From contig CBDFGR010000003.1 in the NCBI GenBank assembly GCA_965247115.1, positions 32,001 to 96,000 of the forward strand: 64,000 nucleotides of DNA, read 5' to 3'. This DNA is from Myxococcota bacterium (GTDB taxonomy: Bacteria; Myxococcota_A; UBA9160; SZUA-336). Position numbers and translations under genes: made by a program. Each line of letters opens with the position of its first letter. Position 1 is the first letter of the stretch. This document shows, piece after piece, positions 9,133 to 18,067 of this stretch. The notes below the pieces were generated by a model that made no database searches, had not been told where the DNA came from, and worked only from the letters and a program-made list of their open reading frames with translations.

Positions 9133-10314
9133 ATGAGTGAGCGAAGCATTCGTGGAAAAGTGGCCGTCGTCGGTGTGGGAGAGACTACGTACTACAAGCG
9201 CGGTCAGTCACCCGACCCCGAGTTCGTACTGGGACTGAAGGCGATTCTGGCAGCCTGTCAGGATGCCGGCATCGATCCACGCGAGATCGATGGCTTTGCC
9301 TCGTACAGCAACGACCGGAACGATCCGTCGCGCTTCGCGGCCGCCCTTGGGCTCCCCGAGCTGCGCTTCTCGAACATGCACTGGGGCGGCGGTGGCGGGG
9401 GCGGCTCCGCCGCGGTGGGAAACGCTGCGGCAGCCATCGCGGCCGGCTACACGAACTGCGTCGTCGTGTTCCGCTCGCTCGCCCAGGGCCAGTTCGGGCG
9501 GTTCGGGGCCGGCCCCCGGCGCGCCGCCGTCGCCGGGGAAGCAGCCCTGTCGCTGCCGTACGGGCTGATGTCCCCTGCCCAGTCGTTCGCGATGCGGGCC
9601 CAGCGGCTGATGCACGAGTTCGGCATCAAGCAGGAGGCGCTCCGGGCCATCTCCCTCGCCTCGTACTACCACGCGCAGCAGAACCCCCGCGCGGTCATGC
9701 ACGGGAGGCCGCTCACGGAGGAGTCGTACGAGAGCTCCCGCTGGATTGTCGAGCCCTTTCACCTGTATGACTGCTGCCTCGAGAACGACGGGGCGGCGGC
9801 ACTCATTCTCGTTCCGGCAGAGCACGCCCGCGACTTGCGCCAGAGGCCGGCGTACCTGCTCGGCGCTGCCCAGGGCTCCCAGCACCGGGCCGCCGCGGGT
9901 TCCCACAACAGCCCGGACTATGCGACGGCAAACTTCAAGACCCTGGCACCACGACTCTACGAGATGGCGAAGGTGCGCCCCGAAGACGTGGACGTGGTGC
10001 AGAGCTACGAGAACTTCACGGGCGGCGTGGTGATGAGCCTGATCGAGCACGGCTTCTGCAAGCCGGAAGAGGCGAACGAGGTCCTCCAGTTCGAGAACCT
10101 CCGGGCGCCCGACGGGCGCCTGCCGCTGAACACGAGCGGCGGCAACCTGGCCGAGTGCTACATGCACGGGCTCGAGCTGCAGGTCGAGGCGGTGCGCCAG
10201 ATCCGCGGCACCTCACCGAACCCCGTACCGGACGTGAACGTCTCGCTGGTCGGCTCAGGACCCATGGTGACACCGCTCAGCAACATGATCCTCGGCTCCG
10301 AAGCGGCGCTCTGA
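9133..10314 (+). CDS. Thiolase-fold protein (SCP-x / Ltp2 lipid-transfer-like)
   Basis: VAVVGVGET, DCCLENDGAAA, YENFT, LPLNTSGGNLAE.YMHG...EAVRQIRG; a Gly run replaces the usual catalytic Cys region. Confidence 0.88.
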   Translation: MSERSIRGKVAVVGVGETTYYKRGQSPDPEFVLGLKAILAACQDAGIDPREIDGFASYSNDRNDPSRFAAALGLPELRFSNMHWGGGGGGGSAAVGNAAAAIAAGYTNCVVVFRSLAQGQFGRFGAGPRRAAVAGEAALSLPYGLMSPAQSFAMRAQRLMHEFGIKQEALRAISLASYYHAQQNPRAVMHGRPLTEESYESSRWIVEPFHLYDCCLENDGAAALILVPAEHARDLRQRPAYLLGAAQGSQHRAAAGSHNSPDYATANFKTLAPRLYEMAKVRPEDVDVVQSYENFTGGVVMSLIEHGFCKPEEANEVLQFENLRAPDGRLPLNTSGGNLAECYMHGLELQVEAVRQIRGTSPNPVPDVNVSLVGSGPMVTPLSNMILGSEAAL

Positions 10315-10754
10315 TGGCCGGCTACCTTCCCGAAGGACTGCCGGCGCCCGCCCCGCTACCCGATGGTCTCGACGCGGCGTACTGGGAGGGAACCCGCGCA
10401 CATGAGCTCCGGGTGCAGGAGTGCAGCGCGTGTGGAGGGTGCCAGTGGGGGCCAGAGTGGATCTGCCACAAGTGCCTGTCCCTCAAGCTGGGATGGAAGA
10501 CGCTCGAGCCCTGGGGGAGGATCTACAGCTGGGAACGCGTCTGGCACCCGGTCCACCCTGCACTCAAGGATGGAGTGCCCTACGTCGTGGTGCTGGTCGA
10601 GCTCCCGCAGGCGGATAGCGTTCGCATGATCGGAAACCTCGTCGGTGACCCCGAGCAGCCCGTCCCGATCGGTGCGGAAGTCGAGCCTGTCTTCGAGGAC
10701 CACGACGACTCGGACACTCCGTACACGCTCGTGCAGTGGCGGATCCGCGAGTAG
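10314..10754 (+). CDS. DUF35 Zn-ribbon/OB-fold protein (thiolase partner)
   Basis: CxxC (CSAC) and CxxC (CHKC), GRIYSW, PYVVVLVEL, IGAEVEPVFE; start overlaps the thiolase stop. Confidence 0.9.
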   Translation: MAGYLPEGLPAPAPLPDGLDAAYWEGTRAHELRVQECSACGGCQWGPEWICHKCLSLKLGWKTLEPWGRIYSWERVWHPVHPALKDGVPYVVVLVELPQADSVRMIGNLVGDPEQPVPIGAEVEPVFEDHDDSDTPYTLVQWRIRE

Positions 10755-10774
10755 CGAGCCGCATCCAGAGCAGC

Positions 10775-11767
10775 ATGGAAGAAGTACTGCCGCGCCTGTA
10801 CCGCGTCGTCGTCCCCCTTCCCGACAATCCGCTCAAGGAAATCAACTCCTACATCCTCACCTCCGACGACCGGAACCTGATCGTCGATACGGGCATGAAT
10901 CGCCCTGAGTGTCGAGAGGTGCTCGAGCGCGGTTTGCACGCGATAGGAGTCGACCTGGCACGGACCGACTTCATGGCGACGCATCTGCACTCAGATCACC
11001 AGGGGTTGATTCCCACGTTGAAGAGCGAGAGCTCGGACGCCTACATGGGTGAGCGCGACGCGCTCCAGATGAAGAGCGGCACGGGGCTCGGCTTTGCGGA
11101 CGGACCCATGGGCAGGTACGCGGCGCGCAGCGGCTTTCCGGCAGAGGAGCTGAACACCTCGCTGCAGGAACACCCCGGCCGCAAGTACGGGCCCGTGGGG
11201 GAGGTCGACTACATTCACCTGCGCGGGGACGAGGTCTTCGAGGTCGGAGAGTACCGGCTGATCAGCGTCTCGACGCCGGGACACACGGATGGGCACATGT
11301 GCCTGTACGAGCCGGAGAAGAGGCTCCTGCTCTCTGGCGATCACGTCCTCGGAGACATCACCCCCAACATCCAGGCGTGGTCCGACGAGAACGACCCTCT
11401 GGACATGTACCTCCAGAGCCTGGAGAAGGTCCTCGGACTGGAGGTGGAGCTCTGCCTTCCCGGCCACCGCGGCTTCATCACAGACTTCGGAGGCAGGATC
11501 GAGGAGCTCGTGGAGCACCACCGAGCCCGGGCAAACGAGGTCCTGGACGTGCTGAAGGACCGGGCCAAGACCGCGTATCAGACCGCGGCCGGAATGAGCT
11601 GGCGCATCCGGGCCAGATCGTGGGACGAGTTCCCCGTCATGCAGAAGTGGTTCGCGACGGGTGAGGCGATCGCCCACCTCCGCTACCTCGAAGAAAAGGG
11701 ACTGGCCCGGCGGGAGGAGAGGAACGACCAGATCTTTTACTCGGCGGAGGGCAGGACCAGGCTCTGA
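10775..11767 (+). CDS. MBL-fold metallo-hydrolase with C-terminal winged-helix (LACTB2-like)
   Basis: THLHSDH, TPGHTDGH, SGDHVL, LPGH; C-terminal GEAIAHLRYL. Confidence 0.9.
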   Translation: MEEVLPRLYRVVVPLPDNPLKEINSYILTSDDRNLIVDTGMNRPECREVLERGLHAIGVDLARTDFMATHLHSDHQGLIPTLKSESSDAYMGERDALQMKSGTGLGFADGPMGRYAARSGFPAEELNTSLQEHPGRKYGPVGEVDYIHLRGDEVFEVGEYRLISVSTPGHTDGHMCLYEPEKRLLLSGDHVLGDITPNIQAWSDENDPLDMYLQSLEKVLGLEVELCLPGHRGFITDFGGRIEELVEHHRARANEVLDVLKDRAKTAYQTAAGMSWRIRARSWDEFPVMQKWFATGEAIAHLRYLEEKGLARREERNDQIFYSAEGRTRL

Positions 11768-12396
11768 TGGACGAGAGCCGGCACGCGGTCATCCTGCTGG
11801 ATCTCGGCGGAGTCCTCTGGGACATCGGCGGTGGCGAGAGCTTCTTGCGCAGGCTGGGCTCGCGCTTGAGCCGCGCTGAGGAGTTCGACTTCTGGTCTCG
11901 CTCTGGCTGGCTGGAGCGCCTCGACGTCGCCAGCTGCACACTCCACGAGTTCGCCACGAGCTTGATCACAGAGCTCCAGCTCTCTGCGCAACCCGAGCGC
12001 GTGCTTGCGGAGCTGGCGAAGGTCGACCGCGGCTTGTTCCCTGGTGCCATGGAGCTCCTCGACGCCCTGCGCGGCCGGTACCTGCGCGCCTGCCTGAGCA
12101 ACAACAACGAGCTCCACTGGGAGCGGCTGCAGGCCACGGGAATCGAGGGCGGCTTCGAACGCTGCTACCTCTCGCACCAGATCGGGCTCCGAAAGCCCGA
12201 TCCCCGCGTGTTCCAGCACGTGGTCGAGGATCTGGGCGTAGCGGCCGAACGGATCCTGTTCCTCGACGACCGGGCCGAGCACGTCGCGGCCGCGGCGGCA
12301 CTCGGGCTCGACGCCCATCGGGCAATCGGCGTCGCGGGAGTGAGAGAGGTGCTCGTGTCCCGGAACGTCCTCCCCCCGCCTACGCCCACCCCTTGA
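11767..12396 (+). CDS. HAD-family hydrolase
   Basis: LLDLGGVL, LSNNN, GLRKPDP, LFLDDR. Confidence 0.9.
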   Translation: MDESRHAVILLDLGGVLWDIGGGESFLRRLGSRLSRAEEFDFWSRSGWLERLDVASCTLHEFATSLITELQLSAQPERVLAELAKVDRGLFPGAMELLDALRGRYLRACLSNNNELHWERLQATGIEGGFERCYLSHQIGLRKPDPRVFQHVVEDLGVAAERILFLDDRAEHVAAAAALGLDAHRAIGVAGVREVLVSRNVLPPPTPTP

Positions 12397-13585
12397 GCAT
12401 CAGGTTCCAGTACATGAACGAGAGCCCGTAGCGCTTCAGATACCACATGTCGCGCCGCTCCTTGATCGTGTTGATCAACGGGATCGAGGGCTTCGGCGTC
12501 AGCGTGTAGTCGAACTCGGCGAGGAGCATCTTGTTGCGGGCGGTTGTGAGCGGGCAGGACGAGTAGCCCTCGTAGCGGGCCTGCGGCTCCTTGCCATCCA
12601 TCACCGCGAGAAGGTTGCTCACGACCACGGGAGCCTGGCTGCGGATCGCGGCCCCGGTCTTGGAGTTCGGAGAGCCTCCGGCGTCGCCGAGTGCGAACAC
12701 GTTTGGCCAGCGCGCGTGCTGCATGCTGAACTTGTCGATGTCGACGTACCCCGGGGGCTCCTTCGTGGCCAGCGGGCTCTTCTTTAGCCAGTCCGGGGGG
12801 CTCTGCGGGGGCACAGCGTGCAGCACGTCGTAGCCCAGCGTCGAGGTCTCCTCGGCATCGTTCTGCCGATTCACCAGCGTGACCTGCTTCGTGCCGGGGT
12901 CGACGGCGGTCAGCTCGGTCTTGAGCCGCACGTCGATCCCGTAGCGCTCGGCAACCCCGACCAGGACCGCAGCGAACTCGGGCACCGAGAACATTGCGGG
13001 AGTCGGCATGGCGAGCACGACGTGAACGTCCTTTAGGATGCCGAGCTGCTGCCAGTAGTGGGCCGCCAGATACGCGATCTTCTGCGGCGCACCGGGACAC
13101 TTGATGGGCCCGGCAGGCATGGTGAAGACGGCGGTTCCCCCGCGCAGCTCCTTCAGGAACTCCCAGGTCTTGGGCGCGAGGTCGTAGCGGTAGTTGCTCG
13201 AGACACCGTTCTGCCCGAGTGTCTCCCCCAAGCCCGGGATCCTGTCCCAGTCGAGCTGGATGCCCGGCGCTACGACCAGGAAGTCGTAGCCAAGCGTCTC
13301 GCCGCCCCGTGTCGAGACGCTGCGGTTGTCGGGATCCACCTCTATGGCCGCGTCGCGGATCCAGCGCACCCCCCGCGGGATCAGGTCGGCCTCGTTGCGC
13401 TCGCTCTCGGTATCTGGCGCACAACCACCCCCCACGAGCGTCCAGAGCGGCTGGTAGTAGTGCTTCTCCGAGGGCTCGATCACCGCGATGTCACTCTGGC
13501 CCGCTCTCCGCAGGCGCGCGGCGACGGTGATCCCGGCGGATCCCCCACCGATGATCAGGATCCGATGCTGGCTGCTGGCTGCCAT
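12380..13585 (-). CDS. sqr: Sulfide:quinone oxidoreductase (type II-like FAD oxidoreductase)
   Basis: IIGGGSAG, HYYQPLWTLVGGG, IKCPGAPQK, NVFALGD, YEGYSSCPL, LAEFDY; both active-site Cys present. Confidence 0.85.
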   Translation of the reverse strand: MAASSQHRILIIGGGSAGITVAARLRRAGQSDIAVIEPSEKHYYQPLWTLVGGGCAPDTESERNEADLIPRGVRWIRDAAIEVDPDNRSVSTRGGETLGYDFLVVAPGIQLDWDRIPGLGETLGQNGVSSNYRYDLAPKTWEFLKELRGGTAVFTMPAGPIKCPGAPQKIAYLAAHYWQQLGILKDVHVVLAMPTPAMFSVPEFAAVLVGVAERYGIDVRLKTELTAVDPGTKQVTLVNRQNDAEETSTLGYDVLHAVPPQSPPDWLKKSPLATKEPPGYVDIDKFSMQHARWPNVFALGDAGGSPNSKTGAAIRSQAPVVVSNLLAVMDGKEPQARYEGYSSCPLTTARNKMLLAEFDYTLTPKPSIPLINTIKERRDMWYLKRYGLSFMYWNLMLKGWA

Positions 13586-13758
13586 TGTTTTCTCCCCCTG
13601 GCGTGCTCCCGGCGCGCCCACATCGTACACCCCCTCGGGCGGGACCGCGCCCCCGAATCACGCCCTCGACCGAGAGTACGCAGGTCCCTGACGTCAGGTT
13701 GCCGGCACGAGCTGCCGATATCCCTCCCGCGCCCATCCGAGCCAGGCACGGAGGAACC

Positions 13759-14160
13759 ATGAGACTGCGTACCCTCAGCTTGATACTGGCTGCCTCTACC
13801 ACGCTAATCGCGGGCTGCGTCGTCGTCCCGCGAACTCCAGTACTCCGGAGCCGAGTCCACACGGTTGGACCGCCACCGCAAGCGCCCGCTCACGGCTACC
13901 GCCACAAGCAGAGCTCGGGAGTGGAGCTCGTTTTCGACTCCGACGTCGCCGTTTACCTGGTGGTGGGACGCCAGCACTACTACTTCTCTGGCCGGAGGTA
14001 TCTGCGCATGCGGGGTGGCGTCTGGCAGGTCAGTCAACACCTAGAACACGGCTGGGCACGCCTGCCCGTCGAGAAGGTCCCGAAGCGACTCCGGAGCAAG
14101 CACGCCAAGCGGAAGGGACGACCCTGGCCGAGACACGTGCCCGCGAGCGCGCGTCACTAG
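13759..14160 (+). CDS. Small basic lipoprotein, hypothetical
   Basis: GGAGG RBS; lipobox LIAG-C; GPPPQAPAHGYRHK motif. Confidence 0.75.
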   Translation: MRLRTLSLILAASTTLIAGCVVVPRTPVLRSRVHTVGPPPQAPAHGYRHKQSSGVELVFDSDVAVYLVVGRQHYYFSGRRYLRMRGGVWQVSQHLEHGWARLPVEKVPKRLRSKHAKRKGRPWPRHVPASARH

Positions 14161-14178
14161 CAGGGGCCGACTGGATGC

Positions 14179-16419
14179 TCAGTAGCGGAAGGTCCACCGG
14201 ACCTTGCCGGCCAGCTGCGTCTCGGTCGCGTCGAACCGGAGCTCATCGTCGCGCTCGAAGAACGAGTCGACGGCCAGCACCAGCTCGTTGCCCGGCTCGA
14301 CGATCCAGGTAAAACGGCTGGACCAGCCCAGCTCCTCACTCTCGTTGTCCCACTGGACGAGATTCGTCCATGACACGTCGGCGTTGAACGCGAAGTCGAG
14401 GTTGGCGCGCACCACCCGCGTCGTGAAGTCGCCCTCGGGGAGGCGGACCTGGAACTGCTCGTACTCGATACCCAGGAACACGTGCTCGCTCGCTCTCCAC
14501 TTGGCGTCGAGGATCGTGTCGAAGCGCGTCCCCGTGTAGAACTGACCGTAGACCAGCTCGACCCCTCCCTCGAGCGGGCGATTCCTCGAGGTGTGCAACT
14601 CGATCTTGTAGCGGTCCCAGCGGTAGTGGTCCTTCGGGATGATGATGCCCAGCCGGATCTCGAAGTCCTCGAGCAGGTCTTCGCGCACATAGTCGACGCC
14701 AATCCGGAAGCGGTCGCCGATGTCGGTCTGGATCATCACCGGATAGAACGCGAGCTTCATGCTCTGGAAGTCGTTGTCTGTGGCCGTGACGAGTCTGCCA
14801 CCGAGCTGGATGTCGATCGTCCGGAGGAGCCCGGCCATGCGCCAGCGACGGCGGATGCGTCCTTCGTAGTCGCGGATCGCCCTGCGATTCGCGAAGCCGA
14901 GCGCGGGATTGAAGTTCTCCTGGATCTCGGTGGCGTGCCCCTCCCAGTTCCACTTGTCGTTCGGATACTGGAGCGAGGCGCCGAAGGCACCTTCCTTGTC
15001 TTTGAGTCCCGAGGACGAAGTCTACTGTCCCCACGCCGAGCCCTGCAGGATCTTGTCGCCGAGGAACCGGACCGTGCGGTAGTTGAAATCCGCGCCGAAC
15101 AGCTTGTTGTGCTTGTTCTCGGCGGGATCTCCGTAGGTCATGATCAGGCCGACGCTCGACTCCTCCAGAACGTTGAGCGTCGCTCGCCCGACCGTGAGCC
15201 ACTTTCCCTCCGCGTCAACGAAGGTGTCGTCCGCGACACTCCCCGCCGTGTATCCCTCGATGCGGGAGCTCAAGAACCCGACGTTCAGGGGGCCGATCCG
15301 TCCCGTGAGCTTCTCTCCAAAGCGGATCGCCAGGGGCCCGTCCTCGGAGAGCCCGATCTGCCGCGAGAAGAAGGGCTGGCCGTTGACCTTTTGGGGGGCG
15401 AACGGCCGAAAGCGCCCGAAGTCCGCGAAGCGGAAGATGCCCGCGTCCTGAAGGAAGAAGTCGCGCTGCTCAGGAAAGAACAGTGAGAAGCGTGTCAGGT
15501 TCGCGAGACGCCGGTCGGGCTGCGCCTCTGTGAAGTCAGTGTTCGTAGTCAGGACGTTCGTGAGCTCGGGCGTGATCTTGTAGAAGACGTCGAGGGAGGC
15601 TATCCCCTGGTTGCTGACGTTGCTCCCTGCGTTATCTCGCGTCTGGCGAAGCGTGTACGCCGGAATCGCGTCGAGACCGATGCCCTGCTCCAGCCCACGG
15701 AGCCCATCCAGGTGGCCGAAGCGAGCCACGTCGAACAGGAACACGTTCTGGAGCGGGAAGGCCCACCGCCCAGTCTGGTTCTGACGCGCGACGCCGCGAA
15801 AGAGGTTGAGGCCCCAGACTCCCCTTCCCTCCTCGGGGAAGTTGAGGCTCTTCATCGGGATCGCGATCTCGACGACCCAGCCGCTGTCAGTCATACGCGA
15901 CTCGGCATCCCAGATCGCGTCCCACTGACTGTTCACGCTTCCGCCGTCCTCGATCAGAGCATCCCAGCGCGCGCCGTTCGGGTTGACCTGGAACGCGTAG
16001 CCGGTGCGTCGCTCGTAGAAGGTGTCGAGCATGACCATGATGCGGTCGTCGCTTCGCAAGTCCGCGTCACGACGGAGCGCGGTCCTCACCACCGCCGCGG
16101 GATCGTCAAAGCACGTGAACCCGAAGTAGATCGCTTCTTCGTCGTACAGGATGCGGACGACGGTGGGCTGGCGCAGCGGCACACCGGCGATCGGCTCGGT
16201 GACGCGAAAGTCCTCCACGACCGTCGCGTCGCGCCAGGCCGGCTCGTCCAGCACGCCGTCGATGACCGGGGCCTCGTCCGTCCGTCTGGCCGTGACACGC
16301 GGCCCCTCATCAAGCTCGGCCTCGGGGTCGAAGCCCTCCTGCGCCAGAGCCGGCCGCGGGTGAGCAAACGCGCTCACAAGCAGGGCGAAGAGGCAGATCG
16401 AGAGCCGGGTCGCAGTCAC
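14179..16419 (-). pseudogene. CBM9-like/DUF5916 outer-membrane protein interrupted by one in-frame TAG (15022-15024)
   Basis: ORFs 15022-16419 and 14179-14838 are in the same frame. Read-through gives WGQ*TSSSGLKDKEGAFGASLQYPNDKW...EIQENFNPALGFANRR with no other stop. Signal peptide, IDGVLDEPAW, W.VEIAIP..SL.F, NTDF...NLTRFSLFFPEQRDFF, C-terminal WTFRY. Confidence 0.8.
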
Positions 16420-16450
16420 CGGGATCAGGCTCTCGAGAGGCGCGCGCGGT

Positions 16451-16843
16451 TCAGGATTTCTCGACGAGCTGAACCAACACGCCGTGGGCAGAGCGCGGGT
16501 GGATGAACACCTGCCCCCCTGGCTGATCGGCTCCGATCAGCTGTGCGCCCTTCTGCTGAAGGTCCTTCACGGTCTGCTCGAGATCATCCACAGCCATGGC
16601 CACGGTGTGGATTCCCTCGCCGCGACTCTCGATCGCTCGTCCGACCGGGGTCTCGGCCCCAAGCGGCGCAACGACCTCCAGAAAACCGCCATCGGCGAGG
16701 GGAAAGAAGGCTTGCTTGATACCGATCGCCTCCGACTCGGCGGTGCGTTCGATCTCCATCCCCAGCGTGTCCTTGTAGGTGGCTATGCCCTCGTCGATGT
16801 TCTTGACCCGTACGACGATGTGGTCAACACCCTTGATTGCCAT
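16451..16843 (-). CDS. VOC-family protein (methylmalonyl-CoA epimerase-like)
   Basis: DHIVVRV, FLEVVAP, GEGIHTVAMAVDD, FIHPRSAHGVLVQL. Confidence 0.88.
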   Translation of the reverse strand: MAIKGVDHIVVRVKNIDEGIATYKDTLGMEIERTAESEAIGIKQAFFPLADGGFLEVVAPLGAETPVGRAIESRGEGIHTVAMAVDDLEQTVKDLQQKGAQLIGADQPGGQVFIHPRSAHGVLVQLVEKS

Positions 16844-16950
16844 CCGTCCCCTCCTTTTTGCCGTGCGAGTGTACTCTCCCGCAAGTAACGCCGTCTCGCC
16901 GCTTCGGAACCCTCTTTGGTCACGACGAGTTGCAGGGTATTCTTGCTCCC

Positions 16951-18051
16951 GTGCATGATGGCCCGCCCTTCCGCGCAGAGCATGTCGGCAGCCTGCTCAG
17001 GCCGCCCGAGCTACGACGCGCCTTTCGAGCGCAGCGCGACGGCGGAGTTCGAGCGGCGGACTTCTCCGCGCTTCAGGACCGGGCCATCGAGCAGGCGGTT
17101 GCGCTGCAGGAGCGCGCCGGCCTCCAGGTCGTGACGGACGGGGAGTTTCGGCGGGGCTCCTACTGGAGTCGCTTCGTAGAGCGGGTCGAAGGACTCGGCG
17201 TGCGCGAGGCCCAGTTCGAGTTCCAGGATGACTCGGGCGGCCGTCGCGCGTTCACCGCTCCCCATGTGGAGGGACGGCTGCGTCGCACCCGTGGGATCTC
17301 GACGGACGAGTTCGCGTTCCTTCGCTCGGTCACGTCGCGCACGACCAAGCTCACCCTGCCCTCACCCCCGACCATGCACTTCTGGCGCGGACCCGCTGGC
17401 GTCGAAGACGGCCTGTACGCCGAGCTAGAGCCGCTGTTCGCGGATCTCGCGCAGGTGTACCGCGAGGAGATCGCGGAGCTCGGTCGGATGGGTGCCCGCT
17501 ACGTTCAGCTGGACGAGGTGCCGCTGGCGATGCTCTGCGACGCTCGCGTTCGAGAGGCGGTCCGGGCCCGCGGCGAAGATCCCGACGCTCTGGTGTCGAC
17601 CTATGTCATGGCGATCAACTCCGCACTCGCCGGGCGTCCAGCCAATATGGTCGCCGCGCTGCATCTGTGTCGCGGGAACCTCAAGGGCAGCTACCTCTCC
17701 GAGGGAAGCTACGAGGCCGTGGCCGAGCGCATCTTCGGCGCGATCGAGGTCGACGCCTTCCTGCTGGAGTTCGACACCCAGCGCGCCGGCGGCTTCGCAC
17801 CCCTTCGCTTCGTACCTGAGGAGAAGCTCGCCATTCTCGGACTCGTGAGCTCCAAGCGCCGCGAGCTCGAATCGCCGGATGACCTGATGCAGCGCATCGA
17901 CCAGGCCAGCAAGGTGGTACCGCTGGGGCAGCTCGGGCTCAGCCCGCAGTGCGGGTTCGCGAGCACAGCCGCTGGAAACCCGCTCACCCTCGAGGACCAG
18001 GAGGCAAAGCTCCGGCTCGTCGTCGACGTTGCACGGCGCGTCTGGAGCTGA
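16951..18051 (+). CDS. Cobalamin-independent methionine synthase II family (MetE C-terminal domain only)
   Basis: PFRAEHVGSLLRP, TDGEFRR, HLCRGN, LEFD, LSPQCGFAS (Zn ligands H, C, E, C). Start approximate. Confidence 0.88.
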   Translation: MHDGPPFRAEHVGSLLRPPELRRAFRAQRDGGVRAADFSALQDRAIEQAVALQERAGLQVVTDGEFRRGSYWSRFVERVEGLGVREAQFEFQDDSGGRRAFTAPHVEGRLRRTRGISTDEFAFLRSVTSRTTKLTLPSPPTMHFWRGPAGVEDGLYAELEPLFADLAQVYREEIAELGRMGARYVQLDEVPLAMLCDARVREAVRARGEDPDALVSTYVMAINSALAGRPANMVAALHLCRGNLKGSYLSEGSYEAVAERIFGAIEVDAFLLEFDTQRAGGFAPLRFVPEEKLAILGLVSSKRRELESPDDLMQRIDQASKVVPLGQLGLSPQCGFASTAAGNPLTLEDQEAKLRLVVDVARRVWS

Positions 18052-18067
18052 CAGGCCGCTATCGATC

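Noticed and set aside
10775..13585. SQR plus persulfide dioxygenase sulfide-oxidation unit
   Set aside because: The MBL protein has HLHSDH and a winged-helix tail of the LACTB2-like type rather than ETHE1/PDO features, and it lies in a different, convergent operon.
13687..13698. Perfect palindrome CCTGACGTCAGG between sqr and the lipoprotein gene
   Set aside because: Single 12-bp palindromes are expected several times by chance in 64 kb; no second copy or other support.
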